Assembly (NCBI GenBank): GCA_964016885.1 | Contig: OZ024740.1 | Span: forward strand, 180,792,001-180,856,000 | Length of the DNA stretch: 64,000 bases | Direction of reading: 5' to 3' | Source: Eledone cirrhosa | Lineage: Eukaryota | Part shown: in pieces, positions 26,238-37,563 of the stretch | Numbering within the stretch: position 1 is the first letter of the stretch | Layout of the letters: every line of letters begins with the position of its first letter | The notes under the pieces: model-generated | Database searches by the model: none | Told to the model about the DNA's origin: nothing | What the model saw: only the letters and a program-made list of their open reading frames with translations | Position numbers and translations under genes: made by a program

Positions 26238-28199
26238 TTACTTAGCTTCCGGGCTCTTGTGAAGGTCGGGTTGTTCGACCTCCAGAGTTAGTGGGGTTTC
26301 TTTTGGGAACCCCTTTAAAAGTCTTGAAGTGTGTTTTACGTTCGGGGTTCCCACGTCGCGAGGAAAGCTGTCTCGTATTTCTTTGAATATGTCGAGCTAC
26401 ATTCGCGCCAGAACCAAACCTTCCGGCACGCGAAATGTGCTCGATTTAAAAATTCCCCCCTCTTTTTGTATATTTTCACTTCCTTTCAGTTCCTTGTTGG
26501 CCCTCCTGACGAGCACGAAGTTTTGTATGTTTTGTTGGTGTGATTTTATTTGTTTGCGTGGCTGTGGTGGTGATGGTTTTGGTGGTGTTATTTCGGTTGT
26601 ATCTGTGTTTGTTGTGAGTGCGGTGTCTGTGGTTTCAGATGTTTGTGTGTATATTTGTTCTTGCGTCTGTTCCGGTTGTTTGTGTTTAGGGGATTCTGGT
26701 GATGGTGATGGTGGTGTTGATGTTAGTGTTATTGGAGAGATGTTTGCGTGTGTGGTGTCTGCGTTTTTTATTGTGGGTGCTTTTGTGCTTTGTTGAGTTG
26801 TTCTTTTTCTTTGTGTGTTTCCTTTTTTGTATTTTGTGGGATTTTGCATTTCCCTCATTTTCACTACTGGTAGATGAGGGGTCTGTGTCTGTAAGTGTGT
26901 CTGTATGTATGTTTATGGTTTTATTGGTGTGTGTATTTTGGGGGGGAGGGGAAATTTGACAGCTTTCCTCGTTTCCCCCCTGGGTGGTCAATGTTGGTGG
27001 TGGTATTTCTATTGTTGTTGTTGGTGGTTTTGCGGTGCTGGTGTTGGTTGTCGTCCTCGCCCCGGCGTCGGCAGCAGTGGAGCCTTTCGACCCCTTGCCT
27101 CTTTCAGCAGTTGAGGGCAGAAAGCTCGCAAATTGGTTTTTTTCCCCACAAACAAAACACTGTGGCATTTTGCCTTCGGTCATAATGTGAATGACCGTCC
27201 CATTCTGAAGGCGGATGTGGTCCGGGATTGTCTTCACATTCTTGGGCCTGATCTGGAGAAGGATCTCCAGGTCAACCCCGGACCAGTACTCTCTGGCCGT
27301 TCTGGTCACTTCCATAGAGACTGTATCCGTCCCCTCCACAATTACACATCCCAGAAGCCATCACATGTCAAGTCCTGGTGGCATTCTGGGAATGCGGAGA
27401 CGGGCCATTCTTTTTCCCATGTGGGAGGGGTACATTATGACCTTGCTGGTTTCGCAAGGAGTCATAGCGCGTTTGATAGCGAGGGCTTCTGACTTGAACA
27501 ACACCGAAATGGTGCCGTACTGTCTGCCCCTCTCTATGTACTGGATGTTTTCTCTTATGCACCTTAGCGCGTCTTCGACATCTTCTTGTGGGATTAAAGC
27601 TGCCCTTTTGGTTTGTTCTGAGATGCATCTATAATGAACCGTTCTGCGCTCCACTGCCTCAATAGCTTCTACCAGGACAGTTAAATTGGCCCAAGTTTGC
27701 TCTTGCTTTATGAGCTTCCCGGCCTGGGCCAACTCTTCATCTTTGTTTGAGAGGTCCATGTTGAAGCATGGCCTCTATTTTGCTGCTGCCGCAGCCAGTG
27801 TTCTTCTTGTTTTCGTTGGGGGTTTTGTTGTCGTTGTTCTTGTTGGTGTTGTTGTTAACACTGTGGCTGTTATCATTGTTGTCTTTGTTGCCACCGTTGT
27901 TCTCGGTGCAGTTGGTATTGTTGCTGTTGGTGTTGTCGCTATTTGTTTTCATGTTAGTGGTGTTGATATTGTTGTTGTATTTGTTATTTTTTTTTGTTAT
28001 CTGTATTTTCGTTGTCGCTGTTACTGTTATTTTTTTAAAAATTAGAGTTCTTATTGGTATCATTGGTGTCTTTGTTTACCTTGTTTGTGGTGGTGTTTGT
28101 GTTATCAATGTGTGTTAATTTCGCTGTAGCGCTCCTCTCAACTTCTACATCGTTGTCGCACGACAGCCGACATATCGCTGGGGGGCGAGGCTCAGCCAT
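26238..28199 (-). pseudogene. Tx1 ORF1 of copy A (low-complexity N-terminus, degenerate zinc knuckle CFVCGEKN)
   Basis: ORF fragments 27361-27759 and 26686-27339 are homologous to ORF1 of copies C and E, with frameshifts. Confidence 0.75.
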
Positions 28200-28683
28200 G
28201 TTTTTTTTTTCTTCGTAAATTTTTTAACATGTAAAAGAAAGTTCGTATATTTGGGCCCAAAAGCCCAAATATTATACTTTACCCTTCACGGAGCAAAGTC
28301 TAAGGACTTATATCCCTTACACAACAAGAAATATTTAACAACAAATAATGTTAACAGGCATTAAAGCGACTTACTGTGAGCGAACAAAATACGTCCGCTT
28401 AGACCAATAATAATGATAATAATAATAATAATAATAATAATGTTTTCTTTACTAACCACAAGGGTTTACATAAAGTAGACATTAATGACAGTACAGGACA
28501 ATACAGGACGGTACAAATGGGCATTTCTGCGTGTAAAAAACAGAGGATGTAATAAAGTAACAAAGAAAAATTCCCCAATAGGGGGGAGACTTCCGAGGGA
28601 CATTTGTGGAGAAAGCCCATTAAAATACCACAGTGACCCTGACCACCAAGGCAAGTGCCCTCTCCCAGTTTTCCACCTTTAAT

Positions 28684-31600
28684 TTACAGACACATACTCA
28701 GAGAAGGCCCATTCATTCGGGCCATACTTGCTTCTCTCACCCATCTTTCAACAAAATGCTGGGAAGAGAGCACTTCCCTCTCTACCCTGATTTTCCTTTT
28801 CAAATGAAATTTGAAAAAGTTAATCAGGGCATCACCGAAGAGGTAAGTGCTCGTCTTCAGCCCTTTCAAACGTGTCCACCATACTATCTCTTTCGCCATG
28901 GCCACCAGACAGATAAAAACTGCCTGCCCTTCCCGGCTAAAGGAAGAGGGCGGGGCAATCCTTACGATGGACTCAGCTGATAGCTGGATCCGTCCTACAC
29001 GTGACAGCAGGTGTTCGACATAAACCCACAAGTCAGCAATGCTCGGACACTGGACGAGTGCGTGCAGGACGGTTTCATCGCCCTGTGCGCATCTCGGACA
29101 TGCCCGACTGACGCCACCTCCATGCCTGTAGAGTTTATCCCGAACTGGCAAAGCACCCCGGTAGCACTGCCAGGCCAGGGATTTCTGGAAGTTGTCCATA
29201 GTCACCGGCCCGAAAGTTCTTCCGAAGAGATTTGCTAGTTGATTTTCGTCGACGCCTAGAGTTTCTCCAAGTACGTCGTCACTCTTTCCCTCCACTAATC
29301 CTCTATAGAACGGCAAGGTGGAGATTCCACCGATCACATTGCCCGATTCGTCTATGGCTTTGCGCGCCTGAAGACATTCCAGTCTCCAAGCACTCCCTCT
29401 CGGTCTTCGCTTGACCCAGGACTGCAGCTCCGTCAAGGAGACGAGATGGGGAAAGGCGCGTCTAGCAAACGGATACCACACCTGATCACCGTCGAAGAAG
29501 AGGTGTAGATGTCGTAGCCTGAGCGCGTGTCTGCGCATCATCAGCCACGGCATACCCAGCCCTCCACGTAGCGGGTGTTGACAGCAGATGGACCGCCTGA
29601 CCATCGTAGCGCGTCCCTTCCACAAAAAGCAAAAGAGCAAACGCTCCAGCGCAGTCAGGCGGGGCTTAGGACAAGGTACGACGGTCAGGCGGTAGTAGAT
29701 GACGGATGCGATGTACGCGTTAGCCACCTCCGCTCGACCTTTCAGGGACAGCTTCCTCTCGGCCCATTTCTGGGTGAGAGAAGCCACCCTGCTCATCACC
29801 GCGTCTCAGCATTTGTCCCTATGGAAGTACAACCTAACCAGACCCCTAGCAATTTAACCGGTCCGTCCGTCCAGCGCCCGACGACGCTGTTGGACGGCAC
29901 ATGGACCTGCCTCTCCAGGTGCCGAGCTGCAGGACCACTGACTTTTCCTGGTTGATCATTGCTTCTGTCACCGCTTCGTATTCTCTTAGTGTAGTGCCGA
30001 TCGCCTCGATGTGTTTGGCGTTCGACACCACTACGGTGACATCGTCCGCATATGCTGACACAGTCCTTCCGCATCCTAGTTCGCGCGGGATCCCCCTCAA
30101 CGTCTCCAGTTTGTGCAGTAATGGCTCGAGAGTCAATACGTACAAGAGGGACGAGAAGGGACATCCTTGGCGGACCGAGTGCATGATGTTGAACGGTTCC
30201 GAATGGTGACCGTTCACTCTCACCACAGAGCAGATATCGCTGTGCATGGTAGCGATCCAGCCTCTGAAGACGGGCCCAAAGCCAGCCGCCCTCAGGACTG
30301 CCGCTATGTAACGATGGTCGACTCTATCGAAAGCTTTCAACTGATCTAAATTGATCAAGGACCCACCCGTGCCAGGTTCCCTAGCTACCCTCTCTACGAT
30401 GTATCGCATGAGGTGGAGGTTGTCGTGGATGGATCTGTTGGGAATGGCGCATGTCTGCGCCTCTCCCACCAGACCACCAACGATAAGCGCCAATCTCTTT
30501 GCTAGCACTTTGGCCAAAATCTTGAACTCTGTGTTTAGCAAAGTTATGGGCCTGAAATTATCTATGTTATTCCCCTTGTTCGGATCCTTTCTCGGCAGCG
30601 CCACAGCTCCTCGGCTCACAGAGCTGGGAATTTTCCCGTTATGTTGTCAGTTGCAGATGACGTCCGCCAAGAGGCCTCCGAACAAGTTTGGCATTTGTAC
30701 GTAAAGTTCATAGGGCAGACCATCAAAACCAGGCGATTTACCCCTTGTGCAGCCAGTCATTGCGTCCCGTACTTCAGCGGCTTTTATCGACTTTTCGCAA
30801 CACTCCGCCTCAGTGGCCGAGAGTCGCGGCAGTCCGTCGAGGAAGGCACTAAAGTCCATCCCTCGATCCGGCCCGCCGCTGCCCTAGAACAGCTGTGCGA
30901 AGTGTCGCTGAAAAGCTTCATACAATTTCCCGGGATCGAGTAGCATGCGCCCGTCGTTGTCCACCAAATATCTGATCGCGACTTTGTTGCCACGACGCGC
31001 CTCCGTCACTCGGGGCCATTGAACGGCTTACGTCTCCTCGTGTCTGAGAGCGTGAAGCCTAGCTCTGACAACGCAGCCTTCGTGCTTTGCATTGATGGAT
31101 TGTTCAAGGGCATACTCGCCGCAGGTACGTCGGTCGCGATGCCTTTGCTAAGCGCCTCGTCTAATTTTGTAACTAGTTCTCCCTCTGCTCTATCATCCTC
31201 TATTGCCAAAGCCTTACTAAACCTAATGGACTCTATTCTAATCGCTCTTTTCAGAGCAAACCACCACTTGTTTTTGACAATAGCCCCCGTCAACGCCCGC
31301 TTAACTAGTTCGGTAATCCGGTCTCTGTAGTCTTTGCGCGCTGGTAAGGACGCGTTTAGCTTCCAGTAGCCGGGTCCTCGTCTATGAAGCCTATCTAAGT
31401 CAAGTACACAGATCACGAATTTGTGGTCCGTGTAGTAGACTATCTTGAATTGTGGACAGCCTATGCTAGACCTATCAATTTCCCTACAAAATACTCTATC
31501 TAGATATGATCTGGATGACCCTATGCGATTTGTCCAATTCCACATTGGTACATTCGGGAAATTCAATCGGTACCTGTCAGACAGTTCAAAACGCCTGAGC

Positions 31601-32093
31601 AGGTTGGTGAGGCTCTTGACCCTCCTCCCCTATCCGCTAATCCCACATAGTCCCAACGTGCATCTAAGATCCCGTTCCAGTCGCCCACTAACACTAAAGA
31701 GCGGGACGTTCTAAGAAAGGTCTCCAGACGCCGGAAGAAATCAGGCCGCCCTGTTCCTGTCGGGGCATAGACGGCCACTAGTCTGAAAGCTTGCCCGTCT
31801 CAGCTGGTCACGTCCAGAACCACCAACTTACCTTCTGTGTCCAGGAAGCTGGCCCGTATGGCGAGATCCAAAACTCTCCGAAAAAGCACAGCAACTCCTT
31901 CCCCCCGATCCAGGACGGCTGTGAAATGCGTAACATCGAAGATCGGTGTGAAGGCCCGTGCTTCGGAGATTCTGGTCTCGCTGATGGCCACTACATCTAT
32001 GTTTAGTGACCTGAGGTCGTTGAGCAGGTGGCCCTGCTTCCATGACGACCCCAAGCCACGCGCATTTATGCTGCCTATTCTGAGTGAGGTCAT
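28684..32093 (-). pseudogene. Tx1 ORF2 of copy B
   Basis: MTSLRIGSINARG (APE start), YADD and CPRC...ETVLHALVQC zinc finger, with several frameshifts. Confidence 0.93.
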
Positions 32094-33394
32094 GTTGAAA
32101 TGGAGTGGAAAAGATGGGAAAGACCACTTACCTTACTTCTCGTAGTGGAAGGATGGTATCTCCATCATTTTCACTGCTTGAGGCCTCCTCCGGAAGGATG
32201 TCCTTATAAATCCTCCTGGAGAGTGCTTATCGGAGATCTCCCATGTCTTTGGGGAATTTTTGTTTTAGAGTCGTGTACGTTTTCTGTGTGATGCGAGTGA
32301 TTTTTATGTGTGGAGGTGGTGTGAATTTTGGGGTTGTTGTGTAGTCTTTTTCTGTGATGCTGGTGTTGTGTTGGATGTAGTGTAATAATTGGTTGTTTTT
32401 CAAATTTAATGCTGTGTAGTGTGTATCGTTTTGGTTGTTTTGTTTTGTTTGCGTTTGTTGTGTGTTTGTTTCTGTTTCGCATGTTGTTGACTTTTGTGGT
32501 GTAGGTGATGGTTGTGTTGGGGTTAATGATTGCGATGGTGTTGGTGTTTGTGGTGATGGGGTTTGTGATACTTGTGTGGATGGTGGCATATCTGTCCTGA
32601 CTTTTTTGTTTGATAGTTTATTTGTTTCCCTATGTATTTTGTTATTGGAGGGGGAAGGAAGAGGATTTTATCTTTTTTGGTTTCTTTTTCTTTTTTTCTT
32701 TTTTCCTGATACCGTTTCCCACTCCTCGTCGTCACAATCTGTCTCCAGTTGCGATAGGCCGGGGAGTGGAAAATCCTCCACAGGCGTTGGTTTTGGTTGT
32801 GGCGTGGTGGATGGTGTAGGTGCTGGTGCTAGTTGTGGCGCGTTCGCTTGCTACTGTTGCTGTGAGTTGTTGCTGTTATAGTTGTTTCTGTTGTTACTGC
32901 TACAGTTGTTGCTGACGTTTCTGCTGCTGGTGGTGTTGATGGTTGCGTCACTGGAGTGGTGATGAGAGGTGGCCTCAACCTTTTAGCCTGAGAGCAGAAA
33001 GCCCTTAGGTGGGTTCCTTCACCACAAACAACACACCTAGGCCTTCTGCCCTCGACGATTACGTTGAGGTGGCTGCCGTCAGTGAGGTCTATTAACTCTG
33101 GGATCTCCCCAATGTGATTTTGGTCCGCTTGGATCAGGAGCTCCATCCCAGATCCGGACAAGTTCTCCTGCTTTTCTTTCGCTATTTCGATTATCTTGGT
33201 GTTGGCTTCGATGCCGGCGAGGACGGCAGCTATTAGCCAGGGAATTTCGATGGCCGGTGGAACGTGGGTCACCCTGATCTTCACGAGTTTCTGACCACAA
33301 TAGCTTGGGATGGGTGTGAAGTCGACACTTCTTAATGGGGCCATGGAGTGTGGTGTCTCCTGTGGTGTCTCAAAGAACACGTCCACGGTTCCAT

Positions 33395-34490
33395 ATTTCT
33401 CTTTGATACAATGCGTTGCTTCAGTTCCTCTATGATAATATTTAGCTTTTCCTCCCTAGTTTTGTACTTTATTTCCAGTCTATTTTTTGTATCTATGTTT
33501 TGTAGTGTCCCATTCAGTAAGGACTCAAGCTTTCCAATGTCATTTATCATTACCTTGATTTGGCCACTCAGTCGTTTCTTCTACCAAGGTTCTGCTCTTT
33601 CTTGTTTGTTGTTTCCTGTCTTTTTGTATGTCAAGTAATCTCCTCACCGCATTTGCTGTTGCATTGAAGATATTGTTGCACTGGTGAAGGCTCCTCGCCT
33701 CAAGGTATGGAATGACTTTGTTTACCTTAGCTGTTGTTTCTTTTAACTTTTTCCTGTCTACAAATCTTAGGTTCATAGGTTTCCCACTATCATTGTTCAG
33801 TTCATCTACCACTAAGTTTAGGATATCAACCAAATCTTGTCCTCGCCCGTCAGCATTCATCTCCTCAATGGCCGCATCTCTGTTCCAGGTATTATTTATT
33901 TCAGCATTCAGATCATTGTCTACTTCGGATGGTTCCCCGTGCTTTCAACCTCTTCATTTTCATTTCCCACTGGCTCGTTTGCCTGGCATACTCCACTCTC
34001 CATTTCCAACCTAATCTCTCTGCTCAGTTCCTCCAGTTCCAGCTCGCTTATCCACCCATTAGTTCTTATTACCCGAGCCTGCCCGGCCAATTTTTGTTCA
34101 TCAAATTTAAATAGACCAATCTCGTTCCAGATGTTATGCCTCCGTTTCCTATAGCCTTTCTCATGGGGGTTACTCTTCAGGTAACATTACATAACAGTTC
34201 TATTCAATTCTTTCGTCCAGTTGGTTCTGGTCCCTTTCCTTCTTCTACTTCCTCCGACACCAACAGTATTTGGTTGACAGCCAGGTCCCTGCTGCTGAGC
34301 CAGGGAGCACCTGCTAGGTGAGAGTCTGTCACATAACATTCCAGTCTCCAATTCACCGTTATTCGATCTGTTTAGTTTCGATATTTAAACACTCTTATCG
34401 AGGATTGTTGAATGTATGGTTACATAACCACCGGTGATTTCATCACCCCCGGTAATTTTAGTGTGGTCTTATCACGCTGTAGACGAACAT
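33395..34490 (-). mobile_element. R4/Dong-clade element 5' UTR and N-terminal ORF fragment
   Basis: Minus-strand WTKELNRTVM*CYLKSNPHEKGYRKRRHNIW...EQKLAGQARVIRTNGWISELELEE...KRLSGQIK...ELKQRI is the R4/Dong N-terminal signature. Confidence 0.8.
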
Positions 34491-34748
34491 AAATAAACAA
34501 ACAAACAAATAGGTAAAAAACAAAACAAAAAATAATAAGCATAAGTTTCATTGTAATGTAATGTTTGAATATCTGACTTTTTCCTTCTCTGACTGTCTGA
34601 TTGTTTTTCTTTTCTTTACGTTTTTCGTTGTTGCTGTGCTGTTTTGATTTTGATTGTTGGTCTTTTGATTTTTTGACCGCGTCATCAAATCAGTCTATTT
34701 ATATCTTTTGATGCCTTCCTCTTTTAGTGGGGACACTACGATGCATGT

Positions 34749-34885
34749 CTTAGCAGGAGGTAGTGGGAGAGAATAACGGCGGTAGTGATAATGAGGCAGT
34801 GGTGGTGGTGCTGTGCTAGTAGTACTTAGCAGGAGGTAGCGGGAGAGAATAGCGGCGGTAGCGATAATGAGGCAGTGGTGGTTGT
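34749..34885. repeat. Two copies of a ~77-bp direct repeat
   Basis: TTAGCAGGAGGTAG.GGGAGAGAATA.CGGCGGTAG.GATAATGAGGCAGTGGTGG occurs twice. Confidence 0.85.
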
Positions 34886-35453
34886 GATGTGAGCGTAGTA
34901 CTATAGTGATGGTGTTGAAGTTGAAGTAGAAATAGAAGTTGAGGTAACTTGACTAGAGTTGTTGGCGTGGTAGTGGTGATGGTGGCGGTGGTGCTGTTGG
35001 TGGTGAAATTATTTGCCTGTCTGTCCACTTAGCCATTTAGCTATTTAGCCATTTTGCCATTTTTTTCTTTTTTTACTATAACATTTCTGATCCAAAATTA
35101 AATATTAAATATTGGGGCCCTATGCCGTGAAGTGATTGATGCGTTATGGCTTGCTGAGCGTGAAAACTGTACTCTTATACTTCATTCGTAATAAGAATTA
35201 TTTTATCACAGTCGTTTTATTATTATTATTATTATTTAATGCTATGGTTGACGGAGGCTCGGCTCTGTAAGGTATTGTAAATTGTGAACGCTATAACAAT
35301 TTTAAATTGTTTAAAACTTTAACGAACTTGTAGACAAAAACACCCTCCTCCTCGTGAGAGGGGTCTTTCTGCCCGTTATTTGGCCCTTCGGGGTTAAATA
35401 ACTGCTTATTGGGGTTATGTGCCCAATATTTATTTTAAACAAAAAAAAACAAC

Positions 35454-37528
35454 ATGACTACGAAAAAGAATTTTCATAGGTCACTCCCACTCATTCCGTC
35501 TTCTTCTTCCTCAATCATCACTACAGCAGAGAGAAGACTGTCTCTCCCCCTCCCTTCTTTAAATGTGTCTCTCTCCCTCCCTTCTCTTTCGCAAGCGACG
35601 ACAGAAAAGAAAAGTCTCGTACAAAGCGTGCAAGATTTCTCCACGACGACGACGACAACGACGAAACAGGTGTGCGGGAAATACGAAAACCCATTTCATT
35701 CGTCTGACGTCAGGAATAATAGCAGTAGCAGCCGTAATAACAACAGCAACAGTGACAATGAAAACAACAGTAGCAGCCGCAACAGCATCACCAGCAGCAT
35801 AAACAACAACAGCATTAGCAGCAGCAACACCAACAACAGTCGTAGCACCTGCAGCAACAACACAAGTAACAGCAGCTCTGACGACAACAACAACAACAGC
35901 AGCAAAGAAAAACCAATCTCATTTGCAGGTATTGCGAAGAACCTGGAAACAATACTCATAACAAATGAGGAATTAGAGGAAGCGAAGAAGATGGTGACAA
36001 AGACTGGACACCGAGCAATCTGCAAGGCAGCCGAAACATTTTTCGAAACCCAACAGCACTGTACGGTCACGTACCGTACAGTAAGTACAACATCTCCGTA
36101 GGGTTGAAAGAGCCACAGAGGCTCAAATACAAAAAGGTTTGGGGTCTGTGTGGCAGCGGAAAACGCACATCACAGGAGGCAAAAAATATGCCACCGTAGA
36201 CGTACTTTTGCCACACCCCAGGAGGCAAAGGCTCAATCCGTAGTGACCCTAAGGAGCGAGGAAATGGTGTTGGTGCCCTCCTACTGCGGGCAAAAAATTG
36301 TGAGGGTCAAACTGACCCACGTCCCCCCCGGGATGGCCCCTTCTTGGCTGGCCGCGTCTGTCCTCGTCGGAATCGAGGACAAAACAACTGTACTGCAAGT
36401 ACAGAAAAAAGTAAGAGAAGATTGGGTCGGCATATCCATTGAGATGCTAATCCAAACCAACCAGGAGTGCATCGAAGCTATCCCGGATTTGATAGACTTC
36501 GATAACGGCACTCAACTGCCCATAAGTGTTGAGGGCAAACGCCCGAAATGCTTTCGCTGTGGATCTAAGACTCACCTCAGGGCCTTCTGCAACGAGAAGA
36601 CCCTGAGAAAGGAGAAAACCCCCCTCCTTCCGAAACCGGCTCCACGGCTACCAGCAACAGGACAAGCGGCAACCAGGAACGATAGGTCCGTGGCACCCAT
36701 ACCCACGCCACGGAAATCAAAAACAGCAGCAGTAGTGGAAATATTAACAACAACAACAGCAATACCAAATGCAGCTGCAACAGAGACTCCAGTGCAAACA
36801 TCACCAACAACAACAAGTGAAAGTGTGGAGCTGGTACCCCTTCCCGACCTCACAGAATCAGACATGGAGTGTGAGGTGGGAGAGGGATGGCAAAAGGTCG
36901 TAAGAAGGCACAAACGCAGAAGCAGCGCATCGTCGCTTTGAAAAGGGAAGAAAGAGATGAGAAAAGGGTAAAGTCTACTGCAAAGAGACTCACAGCAGCA
37001 ACACCACCAACACCATCACCATCCACACTAGCACCACCATCACCACCGGCGACAACCCCACCGCCAACAACACCTTCAACACCACCACCACAAGCATCAA
37101 CATCGCAAACACAGCAACAAAACACACACAACCAGCAACAACGACACGAAAATAGCAGAACCCCACCCCACCCCCAGAAAAACAAATGCACCGCAATAAA
37201 TACACACAACAAGAAACTAATGACTTACATAATTGAACACACAAACATTTCACAACACGACTACATAATACCAGCACCAATCAAAACGCCAACTAACATA
37301 AGACTGCTAAAAATAGCACAGAAACAATACACAAACATTAAAACGAAATTCCCCAACGCAGTTGGTGATTTCAGGGACCTAGGAGGAACTATCAATCGAA
37401 GAGTATATTCGGACATACTCATAGAAGAGCCGACGACCGGCCGTAGGGACGATTCAACGGTCCCTTCACCAGACGATCAAGTGAAAGGGGATGTAAAAAC
37501 CATCCCTCCTCTACGAAAATTACGGTAA
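35454..37528 (+). pseudogene. Tx1 ORF1 of copy C with CCHC zinc knuckle
   Basis: CFRCGSKTHLRAFC and a Ser/Asn-rich N-terminus, broken into three ORFs. Confidence 0.85.
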
Positions 37529-37563
37529 GTGGTCTTTCCCATCTTTTCCACTCTATTTTAAAC

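Larger units (their letters stand above)
22590..28403 (-). mobile_element. L1/Tx1-clade LINE copy A, full length and decayed
   Basis: Has a 5' UTR, ORF1 (ATG ~28199), ORF2 (APE-RT-zinc finger), a 3' UTR with AATAAA and an (ATT/GTT)n tail at 22590-22662. Confidence 0.92.
28404..35200 (-). mobile_element. L1/Tx1-clade LINE copy B, ORF1 interrupted by an R4/Dong fragment
   Basis: (TTA)n tail at 28404-28441, ORF2 at 28684-32093 and ORF1 3' part at 32128-33395. A probable 5' UTR and ORF1 start lie at 34500-35200, sharing GCCCCAATATTT and an A-run-ATG with copies A and C. Confidence 0.85.
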
